From NCBI GenBank assembly GCA_964016885.1, contig OZ024752.1, forward strand, positions 18,848,001-18,912,000: 64,000 nucleotides of DNA. Direction: 5' to 3'. A model generated the notes under the pieces. The model saw nothing but the letters and a program-made list of their open reading frames with translations. It searched no databases and was not told where the DNA came from. Position 1 is the first letter of the stretch; the number at the start of each line of letters is the position of its first letter. Both the position numbers and the translations under genes were made by a program. Source of the stretch: Eledone cirrhosa. Taxonomy: Eukaryota. Positions 53,101 to 64,000 of this stretch are shown piece by piece.

Positions 53101-56100
53101 TCCAATAGTATACCTATACCGCCTCCAATAGTACAGTTACTGAGTCTCCAATAGTATAGCTCCACAGCCTCCAATAGTAGAGTTACACAGCCTCCAATAG
53201 TAGAGTTACACAGCCTCCAATAGTATAGTTACACAGCCTCCAATAATATAGTTACACAGCCTCCAATAGTATACCTACAGAGTCTCCAATAGTATACCTA
53301 CCCAGCCTCCATTAGTATACCTACACAGCCCCCAATAGTACAGTTACTGAGTCTCCAATAGTATACCTCCACAGCCTCCAATAGTATAGTTACACAGCCT
53401 CCAATAGTATAGTTACACAGCCTCCAATAGTATAGTTACACAGCCTCCAATAGTATAGTTACACGGCCTCCAATAGTATACCTACACAGCCTCCTATAGT
53501 ATACCTACTCAGCCTCCAATAGTATACCTACACTGCCTCCAATAGTATACCTACACAGCCTCCAATAGTATACCTACACAGCCTCCAATAGTATACCTAC
53601 ACAGCCTCCAATAGTATACCTACACAGCCTCCAATAGTATACCTACACAGTCTCCAATAGTATACCTACACAGCCTCCAATAGTATAGTTACACAGCCTT
53701 CAATAGTATACTACATAGCCTCCAATAATATAGTTACACAGCCTCCAATAGTATACCTACACAGCCTCCAATAGTATACCTACACAGCCTTCAATAGTAT
53801 ACCTACACAGCCTCCAATAGTATACCTACACAGCCTTCAATAGTATACCTACACAGCCTCCAATAGTATATACCTACACAGCCTCCAATAGTATAGTTAC
53901 ACAGCCTCTAATAGTATACCTACACATCCTCCAATAGTATACCTACACATCCTCCAATAGTATACCTACATAGCCTTCAATAGTATACCTACACAGCCTT
54001 CAATAGTATACCTACACAGCCTCCAATAGTATTTACCTACACAGCCTCCAATAGTATAGTTACACAGCCTCCAATAGTATACCTACACAGCCTCCAATAG
54101 TATACCTACACAGCCTCCAATAGTATACCTACACAGCCTCCAATAGTATAGTTACACAGCCTCCAATAGTATACCTACACAACCTCCAATAGTATAGTTA
54201 CACAGCCTCAAAAAGTATACCTACACGTCCTCCAATAGTATAGTTACACGCCCTTCAATAGTATAGTTACACAGCCTCCAATAGTATAGTTACACAGCCT
54301 CCAATAGTATAGTTACACAGCCTCCAATAGTATAGTTACACAGCCTCCAATAGTATAGTTACACAGCCTCCAAAAATTTAGTTACCCAGCCTCCAATAAT
54401 ATAGCTACACAGCCTCCAATAATATACCTACACAGCCTCCAATAACATACCTACACAGCCTCCAATAGTATACCTACACAGCGTTCAATAGTATACCTAC
54501 ACAGCCTCCAATAGTATACCTACACAGCCTCCAATAGTATACCTACACAGCCTCCAATAGTATAGTTACACAGCCTCCAATACTATATCTACACAGCCTC
54601 CAATAGTATACCTACACAACCTCCAATAGTATACCTACACAACCTCCAATAGTATACCTACACAGCCTCCAATAGTATACCTACACAGCCTCCAATAGTA
54701 TACCTACACAGCCTCCAATAGTATACCTACACAGCCTCCAATATTATAGTTACACAGCCTCCAATAGTATACCTACACAGCCTCCAATAGTATACCTACA
54801 CAGTCTCCAATAGTATACCTACACAGCCTCCAATAGTATAGTTACACAGCCTTCAATAGTATACCTACACAGCCTTCAATAGTATACCTACACAGCCTCC
54901 AATAGTATATACCTACACAGCCTCCAATAGTATAGTTACACAGCCTCTAATAGTATAGTTACACAACCTCCAATAGTATACCTACACATCCTCCAATAGT
55001 ATACCTACACATCCTCCAATAGTATACCTACACAGCCTTAAATAGTATACCTACACAGCCTTCAATAGTATACCTACACAGCCTCCAATAGTATATACCT
55101 ACACAGCCTCCAATAGTATAGTTACACAGCCTCCAATAGTATACCTACACAGCCTCCAATAGTATACCGACACAGCCTCCAATAGTATAATTACACAGCC
55201 TCCAATAGTATACCTACACAACCTCCAATAGTATAGTTACACAGCCTCAAAAGGTATACCTACACAGCCTCCAATAGTATACCTACACAGCCTCCAATAG
55301 TATACCTACACAGCCTCCAATAGTATAGTTACACAGCCTCCAACAGTATAGTTACACAGCCTCCAATAGTATACCTACACAGCCTCCAATAGTACAGTTA
55401 CTGAGCCTCCAATAGTATACCTACACAGCCTCCAATAGTATAGCTACACAGCCTCCAATATTATACCTACACATCCTCCAATAGTATACCTACACAGCCT
55501 CCAATAGTATAGTTACACAGCCTCCAATAGTATAGTTACACAGCCTCCAATAGTATAGTTACACAGCCTCCAATAGTATAGTTACACAGCCTCCAATAGT
55601 ATAGTTACACAGCCTCCAATAGTATACCTACACAGCCTCCAATAGTATAGTTACACAGCCTCCAATAGTATAGTTACGCAGCCTCTAATAGTATAGTTAC
55701 ACAACCTCCAGTAGTATACCTACACATCCTCCAATAGTATACCTACACAGCCTTCAATAGTATAGTTACACAGCCTTTAATAGTATACCTACACAGCCTC
55801 CAATAGTATATACCTACACAGCCTCCAATAGTATAGTTACACAGCCTCCAATAGTATAGTTACACAGCCTCCAATAGTATACCTACACAGCCCCCAATAG
55901 TACAGTTACTGAGTCTCCAATAGTATACCTCCACAGCCTCCAATAGTATAGTTACACAGCCTCCAATAGTATAGTTACACAGCCTCCAATAGTATAGTTA
56001 CACAGCCTCCAATAGTATACCTACACAGCCTCCAATAGTATACCTACTCAGCCTCCAATAGTATACCTACACTGCCTCCAATAGTATACCTACACAGCCT

Positions 56101-57255
56101 CCACTAGTATACCTACACAGACTCCAATAGTATACCTACACAGCCTCCAATAGTATACCTACACAGCCTCCAATAGTATACCTACACAGCCTCCAATAGT
56201 ATACCTACACAGTCTCCAATAGTATACCTACACAGCCTCCAATAGTATACCTACACAACCTCCAATAGTATAGTTACACAGCCTTTAATAGTATACTACA
56301 TTGCCTCCAATAGTATAGTTACACAGCCTCCAATAGTATACCTACACAGCCTCCAATAGTATACCTACACAGCCTTCAATAGTATACCTACACAGCCTCC
56401 AATAGTATATACCTACACAGCCTCCAATAGTATACCTACACAGCCTCCAATAGTATAGTTACACACCCTCCAATAGTATAGTTAGACAGCCTCCAATTGT
56501 ATAGTTACACAGCCTCCAATAGTATACCTACACAGCCTCCAATAGTATAGTTACACACCTTCCAATAGTATAGTTACACACCTTCCAATAGTATAGTTAC
56601 GCAGCCTCCAATAGTATAGTTACGCAGCCTCCAATAGTATAGTTACACAGCTTCCAATAGTATAGTTACACAGCCTCCAATAGTATACCTACACAGCCTC
56701 CAATAGTATAGTTACACACCTTCCAATAGTATAGTTACACACCTTCCAATAGTATACCTACACAGCCTCCAATATTATAGTTACACACCCTCCAATAGTA
56801 TAGTTACACACCTTCCAATAGTATACTTACACAGCCTCCAATAGTATAGTTACACAGCCTCCAATAGTATAGTTACACACCCTCCAATAGTATAGTTACA
56901 CACCCTCCAATAGTATAGTTACACAGCCTCCAATAGTATACTTACACAGCCTCCAATAGTATAGTTACACAGCCTCCAATAGTATACTTACACAGCCTCC
57001 AATAGTATAGTTACACACCCTCCAATAGTATAGTTACACAGCCTCCAATAGTATAGTTACACACCCTCCAATAGTATACCTACACAGCCTCCAATAGTAT
57101 ACCTACACAGCCTCCAATAGTATACCTACACAGCCTACAATAGTATCCCTACTCAGCCTCCAATAGTATACCTACACAGCCTCCAATAGTATCCCTACTC
57201 AGCCTCCAATAGTATAGTTACACACCCTCCAATAGTATACCTACACAGCCTCCAA
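20125..57255. repeat. 37.1-kb satellite array, 23-bp unit CAGCCTCCAATAGTATA(CC/GT)TACA, ~1,600 copies
   Basis: 23-bp period read directly (e.g. 26288 to 26311). No ORFs called across the array. Recurrent variant blocks indicate higher-order repeats. Confidence 0.99.
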
Positions 57256-57326
57256 AGCCTCGAAATGATTAAAAGATGATGTTTGTTGGAAAGTCATGGA
57301 TTTTGTTGCTCTATCGGACAGACGCT

Positions 57327-57945
57327 GAGGTGGTGGAGGTGTTGGTGGTGGAGGTCGTGTTGGAGGTGATGGTGGATGTGTTGTTGGAGGTTATGGTGTT
57401 GGTGGTGGAGGTGATGGTGGATGTGTTGTTGGATGTTATGGTGTTGGTGGTGGAGGTGGTGTTGATGGAGGTGGTGTTGGTGATGGTGGTGGAGGTGGTG
57501 GTGGTGTTGGTGGTGGAGGTCTTGGTGGCGGTCATGATGGAGGAGGTGGTCGAGGTGATGGTGGTGGATGTGGTGTTGGTGGTGGATGTGATGGTGGTGG
57601 TGTTGGTTGTATTGGAGGTGGTGGAGGTGATGGGGGTGGAGGTGGTGCTAGTGGTGGTGATGATGGTGGAGGTGGTGTTGATGGTGGAGGTCTTGGTGGG
57701 GGAGGTGGTGGTGGAGGTGATGGTGGTGGAGGCAATGGTGTTGGTGGAGGTGATGGTGGGGGAGGTGGTGTTGGTAGTGGAGGTGATGGTGGTGGAGGCG
57801 ATGGTGGAGATGATGGTGGTGGAGATGATGGTGGAGGTGGTGATGGTGATGGTGGTGTTGGTGGAGGTGATGGTGGTGGAGATGTGTGTGGTACTGATGA
57901 TGGCTGGTGGTAGTGATGGTGGAGATGATGATGGTTTGTGGTGGA
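57327..57945. repeat. GGT/GAT/GGA trinucleotide-derived low-complexity tract
   Basis: Read directly. The Val/Glu/Met and Pro/His ORFs are artefacts. Confidence 0.93.
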
Positions 57946-58563
57946 GGTATATCTATGTATGGGGTGTGTGTGTGGAGGGTGTGTGGGGGGGTTGTATGTG
58001 TGTATGTTATGTACATGTATGGGGTGTGTGTGTGGAGGGTGTGTGTGGGGGTTGTATGTGTGTATGTTATGTACATGTATGTGTGTGTGTATGTCAGTGT
58101 CAGCCAATATCTGTGTGGCTGTTTCTAGTAATTCTTTTCCTGGTTTCAGGCATTAGACTGAGGCCATGCTGGGGCACTGCCATAAAGGGTGTTGACCATA
58201 ATTGACCCCAGTTGACCATAATGTCTCATACTTATTGATCTCTCTTTTTAAACTGCTAATTCATGGAACACACACACACTAACACACATACACACATAAA
58301 CACACATGCACACACACATAAACACATAAACACACAAACACATAAACACACTAACACACGCATGCAGACACAAACACACACACACAATGCACCCACACTA
58401 ACACACACACACATTAACACGCATAAACACACATGCACACACGCTCTCACCTACACACACACATGCACACACACTCACTATCACACATACACACACATGC
58501 ACAGACACACACACACATGTTAGCATGGAAGATGGATGTTAAACGATGATGAGGTTCATGATG

Positions 58564-58597
<34 letters not shown>

Positions 58598-58917
58598 GGT
58601 CTTCTGCAGTTTCTGTCTACCAAATTTCACTGACAGTCCAAGGCTATAATAGAGGTTCTTGCTGAAGGTGTTGCACAGTGGGTGTGAACCTGAAACCAGA
58701 TGGTTGCAAACCAAACTCTTTAACCACATTGTACCTATGTATTCCTGTAGTAAAGTCTATCTCAGAGGTAATCTGATAACTTAATCATTCTTATCTCCTT
58801 TGTTATTAAATAACTGCTATCCATACATATTCCATCTCATCTTACTGCTGCTAGCTCAGTATATTCTATGTCTTCATTTGGTAACATTGTTTTACCCAAT
58901 TGCAGTGTTCTTAAGGA

Positions 58918-59430
58918 TTTGGTGGTATTGGTGGAGTATCTGACAACATGCGTTGGCATAGAGTTTATGACCCTTTACATTCTGAGTTTAAATCTCACTC
59001 AGGTTAGCTTTGCTTTTCATCCTTATCGGGTCAATAAAATAAAGTACCAGTCACGCACTGGGGTTGATTTAATCAACTTTCCCCTTCCTGAAAATTTCTG
59101 GCCTTGTGCCTAAATCAGAAACCATTATTATTATTATAGTTTACTAAATAAAGTACCAGTAATACACTGGAGAAATTGCTGGCCTTGTGCCAAAAGTAGA
59201 AACAATTATTATTATAGTTTACAGTGCAATGGATTGGCAGCGTCGGTCACTATGCTTTGCAGCATAGTTATGTCCCTTTACGTTCTGAGTTTAAATCCTG
59301 CTGAGGTTAGCTTTGCCTTTCATCCTTACGGGAACAAGAAAATAAAACACCCGTAATGAACTGGGATCAATTTAATCGATTTTCCTCACCCCAAAATTGC
59401 TGGTCTTGTGCCTAACTCAGAAACCATTGT
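58918..59430 (+). mobile_element. Two to three tandem tRNA-SINE copies (Nin/Inv-domain-like core)
   Basis: CTGAGTT(T/C)AAATC B box followed by CTTTGC(C/T)TTTCATCCTT...GGGTC.ATAAAATAAAGTACCAG...GGCCTTGTGCC..AAATCAGAAAC. Confidence 0.8.
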
Positions 59431-59705
59431 TGTACCTTACAGTATTCAGTACCACTTTTTGTTGTTGTTGAAAAGTATTGGCCTAGAACATTGTTCTGGA
59501 CATTGGATGTCTTCTATATGAAGAATCTGTAAAGTATAGGGCTAATATACCTTTTCATACCTACCTACCTTAAACCAGCTCTGGTTTGGGGTAGGTTGGT
59601 ATGCAAACTATAACACCTGCAGGGATACAACCAAATATTTGTGAGATATTTGAATTCAAGCTTGTAATCCAATAATAGTAATTTCTCTTGAAACATATAT
59701 CAAAT

Positions 59706-59916
59706 AATTTAGTAGAAATAGAAGCTTTCACTGTATCTTTGACTAAAGAAATTTTAGCCTGATAGTGGAGTTTAAAACCCTCTAAAAAAATAGAAAAGGC
59801 TGAGTACTGATGTACAATACTCAACCTTTTCCATTTTTAGAGGGTTTTAAACCCCACTATCGGGCTAAATTTTCTTTAGTCTAAGATACGGCGAAAGCTT
59901 CTATTTCTATTAAATT
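59706..59916. repeat. Imperfect inverted repeat (~104-bp arms, short loop)
   Basis: TAGAAATAGAAGCTTTC..TATCTT.GACTAAAGAAA.TTTAGCC.GATAGTGG...AAAACCCTCTAAAAA is mirrored at 59815-59916. Confidence 0.9.
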
Positions 59917-60377
59917 TCAAACTTTACTCACTGCTTCAAAACTTATATATCAAATATTTACAACATACACACTCACAAAATGCACCTCATCCACACTCAC
60001 AAACATACCAGCAACATTTGATAGACCTCACTGCTACCACTGATCCTTCACCCTCCCTCATATTGGACTACTTAGCCCAACTTGCCTGCTCATCCCCCAC
60101 ATCATAATATTTTCCTTTTTTCTCTTCAACCTTCCAACCTCCTCTTTCTCCTAACATAACCCTTTCGTATTGAAGAACTAATGTCCAGTATATTGAAACA
60201 TTCTTTTTCCTTTTCCCACAAGCGTGAAACTAATAAGATTTCATGTTACTGTTCTCTGTATTTGTCTTTTTAAATCTTAAACTATATATATATATATATA
60301 TAGTAATAATAATAAATGTGAAGGCTAAAATCCAAAGAGAACTCCATAAGGATAAATATACAAGAACCCTAGAACAA

Positions 60378-60517
60378 ATATTTATTAAAATAACAGATTA
60401 AAGTTTAAGCAAAGAATCGCTGCTTTCACCCTTAACGGGATCTTCTGAAACTCTTCCCGTTAAGGGTGAAAGCAGTGATTCTTTGCTTAAACTTTAATCT
60501 GTTATTTTAATAAATAT
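60378..60517. repeat. Near-perfect inverted repeat (63-bp arms, 14-nt spacer) within (TA)n
   Basis: 60378-60440 vs 60455-60517, one mismatch (G-U compatible). Contains a hammerhead-like CAGAAGA-stem-GAAA on the minus strand. Confidence 0.93.
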
Positions 60518-60540
60518 ATATTTATATATATATATATATA

Positions 60541-61030
60541 TCATCATCGTTTAATGTCCATCTTCCATGCTAGCATGGGATAGACGGGTTTGTCCCATTT
60601 AGAGGCAAGTTGGGTCGGGTGGCCGTGTCTCACTCATATAGGACTGTTTCTGGTTGGTTTTCTACAGCTGGATGCCCTTCCTAACGCCAACCACATTTAC
60701 AGTGTGTGCAGGGTGCTTTTTGCTGAGTCTTTTAAATGACCACTTTACAGTGTGGGCTGGATGTTTACATCCATTTTCCACACTAGCATGGGTTAGACGG
60801 GTTGTCCTGTTGTGGGCAATGATAGGTCAGGTAACCATGTCTTGCTCATACAGGACTGATTCTCACTTGGTTTCTAGAGCTGGATGCCCTTCCTAACACC
60901 AACCTCATTTACATTCAGTACTGGGTGCTTTTTGTCGTGACGCCTACATGACCACTTTACAGTGTGGGCTGGGCACTTTTTGCTGTGTCACCATCATGAC
61001 CACTTTACAGTGAGGACTGGGGGCTTCACT
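60541..61030 (-). mobile_element. Tandem non-autonomous RTE-related bipartite elements
   Basis: Two units similar to 3455-3700, with (GAT)n tail at 60541-60550. Confidence 0.75.
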
Positions 61031-61084
61031 GGATGCATTTACTTTGGCCTGTCTTCATGGGGGTGTATGGGAGGTTGGGTTGTG

Positions 61085-61645
61085 TCATACTGTATATATG
61101 CTTCGGCTTGTGGTCATGGGAAGTCGGGTCTTCTGTATTACTGCGTATTGCCAGAGGTCTCGGTCATGTGTCATCATCTTTGAGAAGTGCAATTGGGCAA
61201 GGTCAGCTTTTATCACCTCATCCCCAGTCTTCCTGGGTCTCCCCACTCCAAGGCTTCCATAGACTTTGAGTGCTCTCCACTTTTTTATGCAGCTGTCATC
61301 CTTCATATGCATCACATGTCCATACTAGCGCAATCTCCTCTCTTGCACGCAGCATTTGATTCCTCTTATGTCTAGTTTCTCTCTCAGTTCATTTATACTT
61401 CTCCGTTGTTGTATATTACTATTACACATCAATCGGAGCATGCAAGCTTTGTTTCTTTCTAATCTACGCAAGTCTTCTGCACACGACGCCCAGGTCTCAC
61501 TACTATGAAATATTGCTGTTCATTTGCACGCATCATACAGTCTGCCTTTCATTCTGAGGGAGAAGCCTTTTGTAACCAGCAGTGGTAGTAACTTCCTCCA
61601 TTCCATTCTTACTCTGGTTACTGTACTTTCAGAACACCCAACACA
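61085..61645 (-). mobile_element. RTE LINE 3' coding fragment
   Basis: GCSESTVTRVR, KGFSLRMKGRLY, SETWA...LRRLERN...MLR, GRPRKT..EVIKADL...DRDLWQYAV. Confidence 0.88.
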
Positions 61646-61729
61646 GCTTCTAATATATATATAAATATATATATAAAGAATAAGAAACACCAAAGAGTTG
61701 ATATGCTGTCAAACTAACACATGTATGCT

Positions 61730-62740
61730 GTTATGGCCCTTTATGTTCTGAGTTCAAATCGCGCCGAGGTCGCCGAAGTTAACTTTGCCTTTCATCCTTA
61801 CGGGGGTCGATAAAATAAAGTACCAGTAATACACTGGGATAATTGCTGGCCTTGTACCAAAAGTAAATATAAAATATATATATATATCATCATCATCATC
61901 ATCCAGTTTTTGATTATGCAGGACACAATCCCTAAGTATGGATGGGTCCTGCCTGACAGCGCTCCTTAGCGTCCCACTCCATGTGTTTCTGCTGGATATA
62001 ACATTGGGTAGTTATATCCGTAGTAAGTAGAGCACTCAGTCCATCGCACGAGTTCGGTATAAAGTTAGTTCCACAAGAAATTAGGTGTAGAGATAGGAAA
62101 TAGAAAAGGAAATTTACAGCTCACACCTAGAAAGGTTTACATGGTCTCATATGAGGTTGCATCTCAGTTGGTTTCTTGGATGTTTTAATGATATGAGTCC
62201 TATCATGAAAATCAAAATAAAGTGAAGCATCTTGCTTAAGAACATAACATGCTGTTTAGTCCAGGAAATGAACCCACGACCTTGTGATCATGGAACTGTG
62301 ACACTAACCACATAGCCATGTTTCATCATGAGAAATATGATAACGGAAGAGTTAAAGTACTCATTATCATATAATTACAAATCCTGGCGAGGTTTGCTTT
62401 GCCTTTCATCCTCACAGGAGTCGATGAATTAAAGCACCAGTAATGCATTTGGGTTGATTTAATCAACATTCCCTTCCCTTAAAAATAAAAAAAATTGTTG
62501 GCCTTGTGCCAAAATCAGAAACCATTATTATATAATTTTCATGGGCGGTGGATTGGCAGTATCGATGGAGAGTCGGACACAATGCTTTGAAGCATAGAGT
62601 TACGTCCCTCTATGATCTGAGTTCAAATCCCGCCAGGGTTAACTTTGCCTTTCATCCTTACGGGGTCGATAAAATAAAGTACCAGTAATACACTGGGTAA
62701 TTGCTGGCCTTGTGTCAAAAGTAGAAACAATTATTATATA
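61730..62740 (+). mobile_element. Cluster of further tRNA-SINE copies (Nin/Inv-like family at 61730, 62385, 62545)
   Basis: GAGTTCAAATC...AACTTTGCCTTTCATCCTTACGGGGTCGATAAAATAAAGTACCAGTAATACACTGGG recurs. An opposite-strand SINE head lies at ~62225-62320. Confidence 0.8.
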
Positions 62741-63930
62741 ATTTTGATAATGTATCTTTGTTCCTGGCAAATGTAGATTAGTTCAATGTGTTTGATGATT
62801 CTCAATATACAAACTTTGAAACTAATACTGTTGTGTGGCAATATCTTTGCCATTTTAGTCCCGGTCCACAGGGCGCAGCTGAGAGATACTGCTCAGACTG
62901 GGGCTATAGAGTCTGTCACTCCTTCCCACCTACACCCTCTTGTTGTTTAATTTCATTTTATTTCTTTTCTTTTTTTTTTCTTATTCTTCATTCCCCTATT
63001 GGTGCTTTATATCAATTTTTCTGTAAACTACATGGTTGTGAAGTGACACAACCACCCCTCCATCTAGTAGTTTGCTTTCTGCTTCAAAGTACAGGTGTAC
63101 CTTGGCTTACATTGTTTTGAGTTTCATGATTTTTGAACTCACAACAGTTTTTCTTAATATTTTGTCAAAAATAACTTTGTGTTGTGTTGAGTTAACTTTA
63201 CATCGGTCTGTATTGAGAGTTGTTTGTTGAGTGGATGTAGTAATGGAAGGAATTGGCTTGTGTTCGTTGTTGTTCTTTTGAGTGTGGCAGAGGTTGTAGT
63301 AGTAAAGTTATTGCTGGGTGATTATGCATCAGGTAAAAATTGTCCCATTTATAAACACTGTCAAAATGCTGAGGAATGAACAAGTAAAACATGATTGCTA
63401 CTAAAATATATTTATTAAGTTAATAGCCTGCTACAAGGCTATTGTGGACAATGTAATGAAAACAAGGCTTAAGTTGTTGCGATATGTGTCTGCAATAATT
63501 TAAAATATGGTATTTACTGTTTTTGTAATGAGATGATGGTTGTTTGTCTGGCAGTGAGAGAGAGAGAGAGACACCCATAGAGGTCTTTGTAATATGGTGG
63601 CTACATCTTAATGGCTTGAAATAATTTTCGCAACAACCCTGTTGACTCCAATAGCTGCTATTTATCAGAATTGCTCATTCTGTCTCCAGAACTTGAAAAT
63701 AGACAGATGCCGATTTTAATGTCAAAATCGTAGACACTGTGACTTCTAAAAAACGATTACAATAGAAACTTATCTACGAGGCCACACAAGGTCAAGTTTT
63801 TGGTGGCTGATTGGTTGATAGACCAAATAAAACCCTATTGAATAGAGTATCAAATCACTGCTACAGGTTTGCCAAAAATATTAAACCATAAAAAAACACG
63901 AAACCCCAATAAAATCATATAAAATCACAT

Positions 63931-64000
63931 TTAACCCTTTGGCATTTACATTACTCTAGTATTATATTTTCATGGTAACGGCTTTATCTCACATATTATC
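63931..64000. mobile_element. Terminus of a TTAA-ended MITE (same family as 230-460), cut by the window edge
   Basis: TTAACCCTTTGGCATTTACATTACTCTAG... is the approximate reverse complement of 430-460. Confidence 0.6.

Noticed and set aside
20125-57255. CRISPR-like array or coded repeat protein
   Set aside because: Units are contiguous with no unique spacers and no cas genes. Each unit has stop triplets on both strands and the 23-bp period cycles them through all frames.
57276-58205. 309-aa Val/Glu/Met-rich ORF and Pro/His-rich antisense ORFs
   Set aside because: Low-complexity trinucleotide tract that lacks stops by composition.
383-64000. Inverted termini at both window ends defining one giant transposon
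   Set aside because: The TTAA ends face inward, not outward, and are better explained as two independent copies of a common MITE.

Overview
Eukaryotic, AT-rich, repeat-dominated genomic DNA with no convincing host protein-coding gene. The dense (TA)n/(CA)n microsatellites, tRNA-SINEs and RTE families suggest an octopus/coleoid cephalopod (inference). About 58% of the window (20125-57255) is one 23-bp satellite array of roughly 1,600 units. It has two dominant variants (CC vs GT dinucleotide) and nested higher-order duplications of about 1-1.7 kb and about 12-15 kb. The flanks hold decayed mobile elements: an RTE LINE with its non-autonomous bipartite derivatives, a Penelope-like element (GIY-YIG) ending in a hammerhead ribozyme, CRE-type, CR1-group and Helitron fragments, pogo/Tigger-like and TTAA MITEs, and SINE clusters. 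The most notable signal is a set of short elements inserted in (TA)n tracts that form inverted repeats and carry minimal type I hammerhead ribozymes. The best example is a perfect 338-bp palindrome (11146-11483) encoding an intact-looking hammerhead on each strand. Most ORFs in the track are microsatellite artefacts.
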